Shown: positions 1 to 9,121, numbered from the stretch's first letter. The stretch: DNA of 57,924 bases from Clostridia bacterium (GCA_017531625.1 JAFXKQ010000115.1:1-57924), one strand, 5' to 3'. A program made the numbers and translations. Notes: generated by a model not told the origin, from the letters alone.

Positions 1-1
1 T

Positions 2-37
2 AAAAAACGACAGGTTTTGATGTAACCTGTCGTTTTT
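2..37 (-). terminator. Rho-independent hairpin downstream of tRNA-Arg, usable on either strand
   Basis: There is a 9-bp stem CGACAGGTT/AACCTGTCG (8-16 / 24-32) with a 7-nt loop. It is flanked by A6 on one side and T6 on the other. Confidence 0.75.
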
Positions 38-115
38 TGGCCCGCCCGGGGGGGTTTGAACCCGCGACCCTCGGACTCGGAATCCGGTACTCTATACGGG
101 CTGAGCTCAGGGCGG
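38..115 (-). tRNA. tRNA-Arg (anticodon CCG), non-canonical
   Basis: The reverse complement folds as a 78-nt cloverleaf. Acceptor is CCGCCCT/CGGGCGG and the D stem is GCTC/GAGT. The anticodon stem is CCGGA/TCCGA with loop TTCCGAG. The T stem is GCGGG/CCCCC with loop TTCAAAC. Discriminator is G and CCA is encoded. Three stem mismatches (7-66, 27-43, 50-64) and a D loop AGCCCGTATA without GG lower confidence. Confidence 0.7.
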
Positions 116-153
116 ATGATAAGCCGTTACCCAAATCGGGAACGGCAAAAGTT

Positions 154-660
154 TTATTCTCGCTCTTCAGATTGAGAATCTATCAAAAGCTGTTCTGTTT
201 TTCTTAGGCGTTTTTCGAACTTTGAAAGCTTTTTACTCACCCAATAAAAACACCATGCGAGAGGTGGAGTAACTGCGAAAATAACACAGAGAACTATTGC
301 GAAAAGGTTATTGCTGTCGCCGCCTTTACCAAAGAGGTAGAAGCCACAGGCTACAAGTACAGATGAAAAACATGCCGGAAGCATTACAAAAAACAGGTCT
401 GAAAGAATAAATCCCTTCAAACTCTTTTCCGGGTTTTGTTTCAAATAAAAAACATTTGAAGCAAAGGGGATGAGGTATAAAACAGTACACACAAGGATCA
501 AGCCAAGGGTGTAAAAAATTACGAATTCATCACCTGTAGGAAGTAAGGCTACAACCGTGAAAAAAATCACGGGGATAAACACAGCAATTACAAGTTTCGG
601 AACAAATGCGTTAGCGCTGAATAAATCTTTTTCCTGTTTTGTTTTATTTTTTATGGTCAT
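154..660 (-). CDS. Multi-pass membrane protein, function unknown
   Basis: 168-aa ORF with an ATG start, several hydrophobic helices and a charged C-terminal tail. It overlaps the stop of the upstream acyl-CoA synthetase gene by 17 nt. No motif was recognised. Confidence 0.6.
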   Translation of the reverse strand: MTIKNKTKQEKDLFSANAFVPKLVIAVFIPVIFFTVVALLPTGDEFVIFYTLGLILVCTVLYLIPFASNVFYLKQNPEKSLKGFILSDLFFVMLPACFSSVLVACGFYLFGKGGDSNNLFAIVLCVIFAVTPPLAWCFYWVSKKLSKFEKRLRKTEQLLIDSQSEERE

Positions 661-2296
661 CTGCTCTTATTTGGCTACGTCTGATTTTTCCGCTCGTAGT
701 TTTGGGAAGTTCGTCAACAAATTCTACGATACGGGGATATTTGTAGGGAGCTGTAACGTGCTTAACGTGGTTCTGAATCTCTTTTTTTAGCTCATCCGAT
801 GCTGTAAAACCCTTTGCTAAAACGATGGTGGCTTTTACTACCTGACCTCTGGTGGGGTCGGGTGCTGCTGTAACAGCGCATTCGAGAACAGAGGGATGTG
901 TCATTATTGCACTTTCAACTTCAAACGGCCCTATTCTGTAACCGGAACATTTGATTACATCGTCTGAACGTCCTTCAAACCAGTAATAGCCGTCAGCATC
1001 ACGCCAAGCCATGTCACCTGTGTCGTAAAAGTCCATTCTGAAAGCGGATTTATTTGCCGCTTCGTCGTCAAGATAACACTTGAAAAGTCCGGCGGGGTAA
1101 TGCTTGTCAATGTTTCTTATAACAAGCCTGCCAACGATACCGTCTTCACAGCTTACGCCGTCTTCATCAACAATGTCAACAGCGAAATCACCGGAAGGCT
1201 TACCCATAGAACCGGGACGGATTTCGATTCCTTCGAAATTCGCAAGGAGTACGGGGGTTTCAGTCTGTCCGAAACCTTCGGTCAAAGTAAGACCGGTGTA
1301 CTGCTTGAAACGGTTGAAAACCTCGGGGTTGAGGGGTTCACCTGCAACACAGCAATGCTTGATGGAAGAAAAGTCATAGTTTGAAAGATCCTCTTTTATG
1401 AAAAAGCGGAAGATTGTTGCCGGAGCACAAAAAGTGGTTATTTTAAGCTCTTGAATGAGTTCAAGAGTGTTCTTTGCATCAAATTTCTCGTTATCGTAAG
1501 CAACGATAACAGCCCCGCAGAGCCATTGACCGTAAATTTTACCCCATGCAAACTTAGCCCAACCGGAGTCGGACATGGTTAGATGAAGTCCGCCATCAAC
1601 AACTCTCTGCCAATAGTGTGCCGTAAGTATGTGACCGAAGGGATAAGAAAAGTCATGCAGAATCATCTTAGGCATTCCTGTAGTACCTGAAGAGAAATAA
1701 AGTAGCATGGGATCTGTGATTTCGTTATCAATTCTGGTAAAGGAATCAGAAGCTTTCTCAATCTCTTTTCTCAGATCGTATGCGCCTTCGGGAATCTTAT
1801 CGCCGACAACTGCGTAGTGATTAACGGTTGTACACTTGGGCAGAGCCTGAGTGATGTAGGAAACCAATTCTTCGTCATCTACGGAAAGAATCATTTTAAC
1901 GTTTGCCTTTTCGCATCTGTACTCTATGTCCTTAGGCGTGAGCTGATAAGTAGCGGGAATAGCTACTGCTCCGATTTTATGAAGGGCGATGAAACAAACC
2001 CAGGTTTCGGGTCTTTGTTTAAGCATAAACATAACTCTGTCGCCCTTTTTGATACCGAGGGATAACAAAAAGTTAGCGAGTTTGTTGCTGAGGAGCGAAA
2101 TGTCATGGAAAGTAAAGCTCTTTCTGTTGCCGAAATCGTCAGCCCAAACGAGAGCTAATTTATTCTTATCAATTCTTGCCCATTCATCCACGACGTCATA
2201 AGCAAAGTTAAATTTTTCAGGCACGTTGACCTTGTATTCCGCTTTAAACTGTTCATAGCTTTCAAAATCGATTTTGTCAAGATATCTCTCAATCAT
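644..2296 (-). CDS. AMP-dependent acyl-CoA synthetase (short/medium-chain type)
   Basis: 550 aa with adenylate-forming enzyme motifs YFSSGTTGMPK, YDTGD, GRSDDVIKCSGYRIGP and PKTTSGKIRR. GGAGG lies about 9 nt upstream of the ATG. Confidence 0.9.
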   Translation of the reverse strand: MIERYLDKIDFESYEQFKAEYKVNVPEKFNFAYDVVDEWARIDKNKLALVWADDFGNRKSFTFHDISLLSNKLANFLLSLGIKKGDRVMFMLKQRPETWVCFIALHKIGAVAIPATYQLTPKDIEYRCEKANVKMILSVDDEELVSYITQALPKCTTVNHYAVVGDKIPEGAYDLRKEIEKASDSFTRIDNEITDPMLLYFSSGTTGMPKMILHDFSYPFGHILTAHYWQRVVDGGLHLTMSDSGWAKFAWGKIYGQWLCGAVIVAYDNEKFDAKNTLELIQELKITTFCAPATIFRFFIKEDLSNYDFSSIKHCCVAGEPLNPEVFNRFKQYTGLTLTEGFGQTETPVLLANFEGIEIRPGSMGKPSGDFAVDIVDEDGVSCEDGIVGRLVIRNIDKHYPAGLFKCYLDDEAANKSAFRMDFYDTGDMAWRDADGYYWFEGRSDDVIKCSGYRIGPFEVESAIMTHPSVLECAVTAAPDPTRGQVVKATIVLAKGFTASDELKKEIQNHVKHVTAPYKYPRIVEFVDELPKTTSGKIRRSQIRADDHKK

Positions 2297-2450
2297 GAGA
2301 TCTAACCTCCTTTGCTGATGTCGTGTAATGGTTTTTGTTTTTCTTCGGGACCTATCCTCAAAAAAATACTAACTGATATTATAACCCAATTATGACTGTA
2401 TGTCAATACGAAAAAACCAAAAACAGAGTGTAGAGTACGCATAATTCCTA

Positions 2451-2479
2451 TTGCAAAAAACGCAAATTCATAGTATAAT
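2451..2479 (+). promoter_or_regulatory. Sigma-A type promoter candidate
   Basis: TTGCAA (2451-2456), 17-nt spacer, TATAAT (2474-2479), about 15 nt upstream of the 2494 start. Confidence 0.5.
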
Positions 2480-2493
2480 TGTAAGGAAAAATA

Positions 2494-4122
2494 ATGAGAA
2501 AGGTTTTTCTGCCCAATTGTGGCGAAAATGCTGTTGATATGAACGTGCTTAAAAGAGCATCATGCTTTTTCCTTACGTTGATAATGCTGTTGTCTGTAGC
2601 TTCTTGTAAACCCATGGAAGACGGAACTGGCAGTTCACAACTTGAAAGTACAGCTTCTTCTGCGGATTACGAGACATCTGTTTTTGAATCATCGGATTTG
2701 GAGTTGTCGTTCTCAGAAGGGGAGTCGGCCGTTTCATCAATGGATGCTGTGGATGGCTCAGGAGAAAGTCTTGGGCAGGACACGTCAAGCTCGGAAGCAG
2801 AAAGCTCCGCTGATTCGTCTGTTGTTGAAGAATCCGAGGAAGAATCAAGTAAAGATCCGAGCGGAGAAGTTAGCGAGGAAAACACGAGTGAAACTGAATC
2901 TTCACAGACGCCTTCGGCAGTTGAAGAATCTGAAGTGTTTGACGGAAAAGAAAGCAAGGACGAGCCTAACAGCTCTGTTGACAGTTCTGAAACTTCACAA
3001 AATTCTTCGGTAAACAGCACAGAGGAATATCCTGTTTATTCTCCGGAAGTCGACTATAAAATCACCTATAAAAACAACGGATTGATCCTCTATAACACGG
3101 ATTTTCGTATGAGCGACAGCCTTGAAAAAGAGTTTGATAAGCTTTTCAGCTCTTTTCCTTATGCACAATCAATTTGCTTGACTGAACTTTCTACGAATAT
3201 GGCGTTTGCATATAAACCTGATAAGCGCATTGCTACCGCAAGTTCCATTAAAGGTCCATTCGGGCTTTATGTTGCAAAAAGTGTAGATGCAGGCCGTTTG
3301 GGTTGGAAAGACCCTAAGGCGTACGAACCTAAGCATTACCAGGCTAACAGCTCGGGCGGAATACAGCATTACGATTACGGGACTTCTTTCTCGGTAAAAA
3401 GATTGCTTGAATTGATGATTGAAATCAGTGATAACCAAGCATACCTTATGTTGAAAGATATGCTGGGCTCGAAGAAGTTCAATGGCATGATGGCAAAACT
3501 GGGAGCTGATACGATTATTCCTTCAGGCGGTAATTGGGGCAACATTACGGGCTGGGAAATGCTCCAAACCTGGAGAGAGATTTATTACTACAAGGACGTT
3601 AATAAAAACGGAGACATGCTCTTTGATTTGTATCTTGAAGCAGAGTACAATTACATTCAAGAGGCGCTTCCACAGTATACTTCTGCTCATAAATCGGGTT
3701 GGAGCGGTAAGGCTTTCAATGATGCCGGGATAGTTTATAACGACAACGTTTATGCTTTATCAATCTTACTTGGCAGAAAAGATGTTTATGATTCGGGCAG
3801 CAGAGTTTACTTCATTAAGGTGGCTAAGCTTCTTGATAAGCTGATGAAAGAATACAACGCTTACCTTAGCGGCGACAGCGCCGGGGAAGAAAGCGGAGCC
3901 AGCGGTTCCGAAAGCTCAGAAACGAGCGATGTAAGCAGTGAGAGCAGCGAAATCGCAGAGGAACCCGTTCAGGAATCAAGTGTTGAAGTGTCTTTTGAAT
4001 CAAGCGTAGTGAGTTTAGAAAGTGAAGAAGTAAATGCAGAGGAGTCAATAGAAGAAACTTCTGCATCCGGAGAAAGCTCTTTAGAAAACGAGAAACCCGA
4101 CAGCACGGAAACTGATTTCTAA
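2494..4122 (+). CDS. Secreted class A beta-lactamase-fold serine hydrolase flanked by Ser/Glu-rich low-complexity regions
   Basis: 542 aa with a signal/lipobox-like LLSVASC. The core carries SxxK (ASSIKG), SDN (EISDNQ) and a KTG-like HKSGW. Acidic Ser/Glu-rich tracts cover roughly aa 45-185 and 470-542. Confidence 0.8.
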   Translation: MRKVFLPNCGENAVDMNVLKRASCFFLTLIMLLSVASCKPMEDGTGSSQLESTASSADYETSVFESSDLELSFSEGESAVSSMDAVDGSGESLGQDTSSSEAESSADSSVVEESEEESSKDPSGEVSEENTSETESSQTPSAVEESEVFDGKESKDEPNSSVDSSETSQNSSVNSTEEYPVYSPEVDYKITYKNNGLILYNTDFRMSDSLEKEFDKLFSSFPYAQSICLTELSTNMAFAYKPDKRIATASSIKGPFGLYVAKSVDAGRLGWKDPKAYEPKHYQANSSGGIQHYDYGTSFSVKRLLELMIEISDNQAYLMLKDMLGSKKFNGMMAKLGADTIIPSGGNWGNITGWEMLQTWREIYYYKDVNKNGDMLFDLYLEAEYNYIQEALPQYTSAHKSGWSGKAFNDAGIVYNDNVYALSILLGRKDVYDSGSRVYFIKVAKLLDKLMKEYNAYLSGDSAGEESGASGSESSETSDVSSESSEIAEEPVQESSVEVSFESSVVSLESEEVNAEESIEETSASGESSLENEKPDSTETDF

Positions 4123-4183
4123 GCTTTCGTAAATGCGGTGAGTTGACGAGGCGTAAAAGAATTACAATTAAGGGGGGGACCAA

Positions 4184-4942
4184 GTGAAACTTGTTTCTTG
4201 GAATGTTAACGGAATAAGAGCATGTCTGTCAAAAGGTTTTGAAGATTTTTTCCACAGGGTGGATGCAGACATTTTTTCTATACAAGAGAGCAAAATGCAA
4301 GAGAGTCAGGGCGACATTTCCTTTGAAGGTTACACAAAAATTTGGAATTCCGCTGAGAAAAAGGGCTATTCGGGCACAGTAACTTATTCAAAGAAAAAAC
4401 CTTTAAGTGTAGCTTTTGGTGTTGATGGAAAGCACACTAACGAGGGTAGACTTATAACCCTTGAATTTGAAAACTTTTATCTGATCAACTGCTACACTCC
4501 CAACGCACAGCCTGAGCTTGCAAGGCTTGAGTACAGGTTGGAGTTTGAAGAAGATTTACGCTTTTACATGGCTAATCTTTCGAAAACAAAGCCTGTTATC
4601 CTCTGCGGAGACCTCAATGTTGCACACAATGAAATTGATTTGAAGAACCCAAAGCCAAACATCGGTAATCCGGGCTTTTCTTACGAAGAACGTAGCTGTT
4701 TTTCTGCTTTGCTGGGTGCAGGCTTTGTAGATTCTTTCCGTTACCTTTATCCCGATAAGCGGGACGCTTACAGCTGGTGGTCTTACAGAGCAAATGCACG
4801 TGCAAATAATACAGGGTGGCGAATAGACTATTTCGTGGTTTCTGAAAATGTTAAGGGTAAGATAAAGGACAGTGTAATTTATGCCGATGTTTACGGAAGC
4901 GACCACTGCCCGGTAGGTTTGGAAATTGACTTGGAGTTTTAA
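4184..4942 (+). CDS. xth: Exodeoxyribonuclease III
   Basis: 252 aa with MKLVSWNVNGIRA, IQESK, GDLNVAH and SDHCPV motifs of the ExoIII/EEP family. GTG start follows a G-rich RBS (AAGGGGGGG). Confidence 0.9.
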   Translation: MKLVSWNVNGIRACLSKGFEDFFHRVDADIFSIQESKMQESQGDISFEGYTKIWNSAEKKGYSGTVTYSKKKPLSVAFGVDGKHTNEGRLITLEFENFYLINCYTPNAQPELARLEYRLEFEEDLRFYMANLSKTKPVILCGDLNVAHNEIDLKNPKPNIGNPGFSYEERSCFSALLGAGFVDSFRYLYPDKRDAYSWWSYRANARANNTGWRIDYFVVSENVKGKIKDSVIYADVYGSDHCPVGLEIDLEF

Positions 4943-4948
4943 AACGCT

Positions 4949-5329
4949 ATGATGAGTTTTGATGAAGTTGGCGAGTTTCTGGACGATGAAGCGGATGAGC
5001 TTCCTCTCATCCTTTACCGTGAACTAAACGGCGGGATTTCGCTTTTACCACAACATAAGTTCAGCCCCCGTGCAGAGGGATGGCTTGTTTTGGGAGAGTA
5101 CTGTAAAAGCCGCTCCATGGGGCGGTACATCAACATTTATTATGGTTCTTTTGTAAAAGCTTTTCCGCATTATTCCGATGAACAGCTTAAATCAAAACTA
5201 AAACAAGTTCTTGTTCACGAGCTTACGCACCACAACGAGTCTCTTGCCGGGGTCTACGATTTAGAAATCAAAGATGCCGTAAGGCTTAATGAATACAAAG
5301 AACGTAACCGTCACTCAGACGGTGAATAA
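4949..5329 (+). CDS. Small zincin-like metallopeptidase family protein
   Basis: 126 aa with an acidic N-terminus and the HExxH motif VHELTHH. It starts 6 nt after the xth stop. Confidence 0.7.
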   Translation: MMSFDEVGEFLDDEADELPLILYRELNGGISLLPQHKFSPRAEGWLVLGEYCKSRSMGRYINIYYGSFVKAFPHYSDEQLKSKLKQVLVHELTHHNESLAGVYDLEIKDAVRLNEYKERNRHSDGE

Positions 5330-5355
5330 TAGAACTATTTTAAGGCGGACGCATA

Positions 5356-5955
5356 ATGAAAAAATTTTACTTAGACAATATGTCTTCTATCCACAAGTTT
5401 ATCATTAACCAGATTGCACTTTCGCTGTTTGGAATTATGATTACTTGGCCCGTTGCGGACAAAAGTCTCACTCTCATTTTGATAATGGGATGCTTCTCTT
5501 CCGTGTTCTTTTGCTACATGCAGTACGACAATCTCTGGTCTCTCGGTGCGCTACACCGAAACAGAGTAATCAATAAACGTATGGAATACACCCCTCTGTA
5601 CGGTTTGAAAATCAGTGCTTTCGCATACATTCCTTCGGCGTTGATTATTCTGCTTTGCTACATTTCGAGAATCTTTCCCGGTGTTACGTTTTTTGATAAC
5701 CTTTATTTGATTATGGATGTTATTTTTACATTCCTGCTCAACGGTATGTACTCCGGTTTTCAGATCGCTCTTAACACAGTAGTCGGAGATAGCTTTGCGA
5801 CCCTTTTGCCGTGGATTTTTCCTTTGTTTTTGGTTCCGGGAATTGTCGTTTGCACCCTTGCTTATTACCTCGGTGTTAACGACAAACAGATCAAGTGCTT
5901 TTTCGGCATGAAGCCCTCTACCGATGTTGTAGAAACAAAGGGGAAGAAAAAGTAA
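5356..5955 (+). CDS. Multi-pass membrane protein, function unknown
   Basis: 199-aa ORF with about 5 hydrophobic helices. No motif was recognised. Confidence 0.6.
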   Translation: MKKFYLDNMSSIHKFIINQIALSLFGIMITWPVADKSLTLILIMGCFSSVFFCYMQYDNLWSLGALHRNRVINKRMEYTPLYGLKISAFAYIPSALIILLCYISRIFPGVTFFDNLYLIMDVIFTFLLNGMYSGFQIALNTVVGDSFATLLPWIFPLFLVPGIVVCTLAYYLGVNDKQIKCFFGMKPSTDVVETKGKKK

Positions 5956-5984
5956 TGGGTTTAACTAACTCCGAATATACATCT

Positions 5985-6028
5985 TAATAAAGCGAAGGCT
6001 TTTAAATAATAAAGCGAAGGCTTTTAAA
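5985..6028. repeat. Perfect 22-bp tandem duplication
   Basis: TAATAAAGCGAAGGCTTTTAAA occurs at 5985-6006 and again, identically, at 6007-6028. This is immediately upstream of the amidase ORF. Confidence 0.9.
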
Positions 6029-6030
6029 GA

Positions 6031-6810
6031 TTGTACGGGTGTGATGTTTTTTTGGAAGAGAACAGATACAAGGGCGTTGGCGTGGGCGCTGTGCTTCTTA
6101 TTGTTGGGATAGTGCTTATACTGCTTTTCTTTTGCTTTGCTTCTCTGTCAGCGTCTTTTGGCTACGAGGCGGCAAAATATGCAAAAAACGCGGTAGAAGT
6201 TGATGCTGTAATCGAAAAAAGTAAAGAACGTTTTACCGTTATCATTGATGCCGGACACGGTGGGGAAGACCCCGGTGCCGTGGTTGGCGAAATCAAGGAA
6301 AAAGATTTGAATCTTGCCGTTGCCCTTAAGTTGAAAAGCTTTCTCTCTTTGGCCGACATAAACGTGATCATGACACGTGAAACAGACGTTTTGCTGTACG
6401 GGGAAGGGGAGGAGAGACACAAAAAAATGGCAGATCTGAAAAACAGACTTGCCATTATAGAACAAACAGAAAATTGCATTTTTGTAAGCATTCACATGAA
6501 TAAATTTTCTGATTCACGGCTTACAGGATTACAGACCTTTTATTCGGAAAACGATCCTAAAAGCGCACTGCTTGCGCAGTCGGTCCAAAGCGAAGCCTTG
6601 CTTGTTGACCCTTCAAACCACAGGAAAATTAAGCCTGAAAACGGTACAATTTTCATCTTGGAGAACGCCTATAAACCTGCGATTCTAGTGGAATGCGGTT
6701 TCCTATCAACTCCGTCCGAGGCTGTGAAGCTGACGGACGAAGGTTATCAAAACAAGCTGGCGTTTGCTTTGTACAGCGGAATAATGAAATACGAGAAGGA
6801 AAACGGGTGA
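6031..6810 (+). CDS. cwlD: N-acetylmuramoyl-L-alanine amidase (Amidase_3), CwlD-like
   Basis: 259 aa with an N-terminal TM helix, then IIDAGHGGEDPGA, KDLNLAVALKL and FVSIHMN motifs. The start is TTG in the ORF track, so the exact start is uncertain. Confidence 0.75.
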   Translation: MYGCDVFLEENRYKGVGVGAVLLIVGIVLILLFFCFASLSASFGYEAAKYAKNAVEVDAVIEKSKERFTVIIDAGHGGEDPGAVVGEIKEKDLNLAVALKLKSFLSLADINVIMTRETDVLLYGEGEERHKKMADLKNRLAIIEQTENCIFVSIHMNKFSDSRLTGLQTFYSENDPKSALLAQSVQSEALLVDPSNHRKIKPENGTIFILENAYKPAILVECGFLSTPSEAVKLTDEGYQNKLAFALYSGIMKYEKENG

Positions 6811-6814
6811 TAAT

Positions 6815-8203
6815 TTGAAAACCGTATATGTGTGTGAAAACTGCGAATACTCAACTTCAAAATGGATAGGTAAATGCCCTGTCTGCGGTCAGTTTAGCAT
6901 TATAGAAACCGAAGTAGAGGAAGAAAAAAAGCCCTCCAAATCAAAAGACTCAAAGAGCGTAAGCGGTAAAGTGGCAAAGCTTTATACAGGAATGTCCTCA
7001 AGGGCGCAATCTTTGAAAAATGTGGAGTATCCAAAACACATTAGATACTCTACGGGAAACGGTGAGTTTGACCGAGTTTTGGGCGGCGGAGTTGTTGAAG
7101 GCTCTGTCGTGCTTCTTTCGGGCGAGCCCGGAATAGGTAAGTCTACGCTTCTTTTACAGATTTGTGAGCATGTAGGGAGTTCAAATAAGATCCTTTACGT
7201 GTCCGGGGAGGAATCTGCCTCGCAGATAAAGCTCCGTGCAGGACGGCTTGGCGTGGATTGTGAGGACCTGTTTGTTTTATGCGAAACAAACATTAACCGC
7301 ATCCTCGAAGAAACAGAAACTTTTCAACCGAAGCTCGTTATTATTGATTCTATCCAAACCATTTATGACGATGATGTAAATTCAATGCCGGGTACCGTAA
7401 CTCAGGTAAAACAGTCAGCTATGCTTTTGATTAACAAAGCGAAAGAAAGCGGGCTTGCGGTTTTAATCATCGGACATGTTAACAAAGACGGTGCAATTGC
7501 CGGTCCTAAGGTACTTGAGCACATGGTCGATGCCGTGCTTTATTTTGAAGGTGATAAACAGCACGCCTATCGCATTATCCGTGCAGCAAAAAACCGTTTT
7601 GGCTCCACTAACGAAATCGGTGTTTTTGAAATGACGGACGAAGGGCTTGAAGAAATTCCAAACCCGTCGGAAATGTTGCTTTCACAACGTCCGCTGGGCG
7701 TTTCCGGTTCTTGTGCTGCATGCGTCATTGAGGGAACCCGGCCGATCATTGCTGAGATTCAAGCTTTGGTTAATCCTACTGTTTTTCCTGCTCCTCGCAG
7801 AATGACGGCGGGACTTGATTATAACCGGGTTTCACTTTTGCTTGCAGTGCTTGAAAAACGCCTTGGACAGCGTTTTTCTTCCCTTGATGTTTACATGAAC
7901 GTGGCAGGGGGATTAAAGCTTGAAGAGCCTTCTTGCGACATTGCGGTTGCTTTGGCGTTACTGTCGTCGCTTAGGGATGCTCCGGTTCCCGATGATCTGA
8001 TTGCTTTTGGGGAGATTGGATTGGCAGGGGAGTGCCGAGCAGTTGTAGGGGCAGAACTCCGACTTGCGGAGGCAGTAAGACTTGGTTTTACCAAGGTGGC
8101 GATTCCTTATAAAGCTGCTGAGAATTTGAAAAAGCGTTATAATGGCGTGGAGATTATTCCAATCAGGTCAGTTTTTGATTTGCTGAAAATCCTCGGACTC
8201 TGA
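6815..8203 (+). CDS. radA: DNA repair protein RadA
   Basis: 462 aa with an N-terminal zinc ribbon CENCEYSTSKWIGKCPVCGQ, Walker A GEPGIGKST, the KNRFG motif and a Lon-like C-terminal domain. Confidence 0.95.
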   Translation: MKTVYVCENCEYSTSKWIGKCPVCGQFSIIETEVEEEKKPSKSKDSKSVSGKVAKLYTGMSSRAQSLKNVEYPKHIRYSTGNGEFDRVLGGGVVEGSVVLLSGEPGIGKSTLLLQICEHVGSSNKILYVSGEESASQIKLRAGRLGVDCEDLFVLCETNINRILEETETFQPKLVIIDSIQTIYDDDVNSMPGTVTQVKQSAMLLINKAKESGLAVLIIGHVNKDGAIAGPKVLEHMVDAVLYFEGDKQHAYRIIRAAKNRFGSTNEIGVFEMTDEGLEEIPNPSEMLLSQRPLGVSGSCAACVIEGTRPIIAEIQALVNPTVFPAPRRMTAGLDYNRVSLLLAVLEKRLGQRFSSLDVYMNVAGGLKLEEPSCDIAVALALLSSLRDAPVPDDLIAFGEIGLAGECRAVVGAELRLAEAVRLGFTKVAIPYKAAENLKKRYNGVEIIPIRSVFDLLKILGL

Positions 8204-8350
8204 TTTAGAACCGCTGGACGGAACGAAATGACGGCACGCTGAAGTGTTACTTTCGGAGTTTTGATTTGAAGCACTAATGTCCGCTAAAGTGTCACTTTTT
8301 TGGCATTCACCGTCCTTTTGGTATTTGCATTTTTCGAGGCAGAAAATCAT
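8168..8350 (-). CDS. Possible small Cys-rich protein (DUF1540-like pattern)
   Basis: 60-aa ORF with GGAGG about 11 nt upstream of the ATG. Pattern is C-x3-C-x-Y-x6-C, with a later ACRHF. It overlaps the radA 3' end by 36 nt on the opposite strand. Confidence 0.3.
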   Translation of the reverse strand: MIFCLEKCKYQKDGECQKSDTLADISASNQNSESNTSACRHFVPSSGSKSESEDFQQIKN

Positions 8351-8407
8351 TTACCTTTGTTCCTCCTTGAAAATTTTAAGTTTAGTGTGCCTCGGACAAA
8401 TAAGTTT

Positions 8408-9121
8408 ATGCACAGCACGAGTAAAAAGAATGTTTTTGTTTCTAAGATTTTACCTGAAAGAATTAAAAATGAGCTGTCGATTCTTGGCTTTGAGTCAATC
8501 CCAATCTCAGGAAGCGATAAAATCCCAGGCGAATTAGCGTATCATCCGGACCTTAGAATGTTAAAGTTGCCAAACGGAGATTGGCTTACTGACAATTATG
8601 AACAAATTGTTAATAACAGAGAAGCAGTCAATTTAATCAAATACAGAAATTTGAAAAACTCAGTAAAAGGCGGTTATCCGGAAGAATGTGCGCTCAATTG
8701 CTTTTTTGCAGGTAATAAATTGTTTGGCGGTTCTGTGATTGCGGAGGAGCTGTTGGAGTTTGTTAAGTGCAATGGCTTTAACCACGTGATTTGCCGTCAA
8801 GGATACACAAAATGCAGTACCGCAAAGTTGAACGAGAATGCATTCATTACCGGCGACATCGGCATTTTTTCGGCTCTGACAGCCAACGGGTTTGATGCAC
8901 TTAAAGTAAGTAACGACGGAATAATTCTGAATGGCTACAGTTGCGGTTTTTTTGGTGGATGCTCAGGTAAACTCGGTGAAGAGTTATTGGTATTTACAGG
9001 AAAAATTGAAAATCATGTTGATTACCGAAACATAAAAAGTTTTTGTTCCAATTACGGAATTACTCCTTACAGCTTATGCGAAAATGCTCTCTATGATTAC
9101 GGCGGAATCCTTGAAGTATAA
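8408..9121 (+). CDS. Hypothetical cytoplasmic protein
   Basis: The ORF track gives 8300-9121 from a TTG. I prefer the first ATG (MHSTSKKNVF...) because the upstream part overlaps the candidate divergent small ORF. No motif was recognised. Confidence 0.55.
   Translation: MHSTSKKNVFVSKILPERIKNELSILGFESIPISGSDKIPGELAYHPDLRMLKLPNGDWLTDNYEQIVNNREAVNLIKYRNLKNSVKGGYPEECALNCFFAGNKLFGGSVIAEELLEFVKCNGFNHVICRQGYTKCSTAKLNENAFITGDIGIFSALTANGFDALKVSNDGIILNGYSCGFFGGCSGKLGEELLVFTGKIENHVDYRNIKSFCSNYGITPYSLCENALYDYGGILEV

Noticed and set aside
2626..3049. Repetitive-looking DNA in the Ser/Glu-rich coding tracts (also 3866-4119, 17936-18086, 42700-42840)
   Set aside because: This is low-complexity codon repetition (TCx/GAA/GAx) inside ORFs. 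There are no spaced identical repeats, so it is not a CRISPR array or a satellite.
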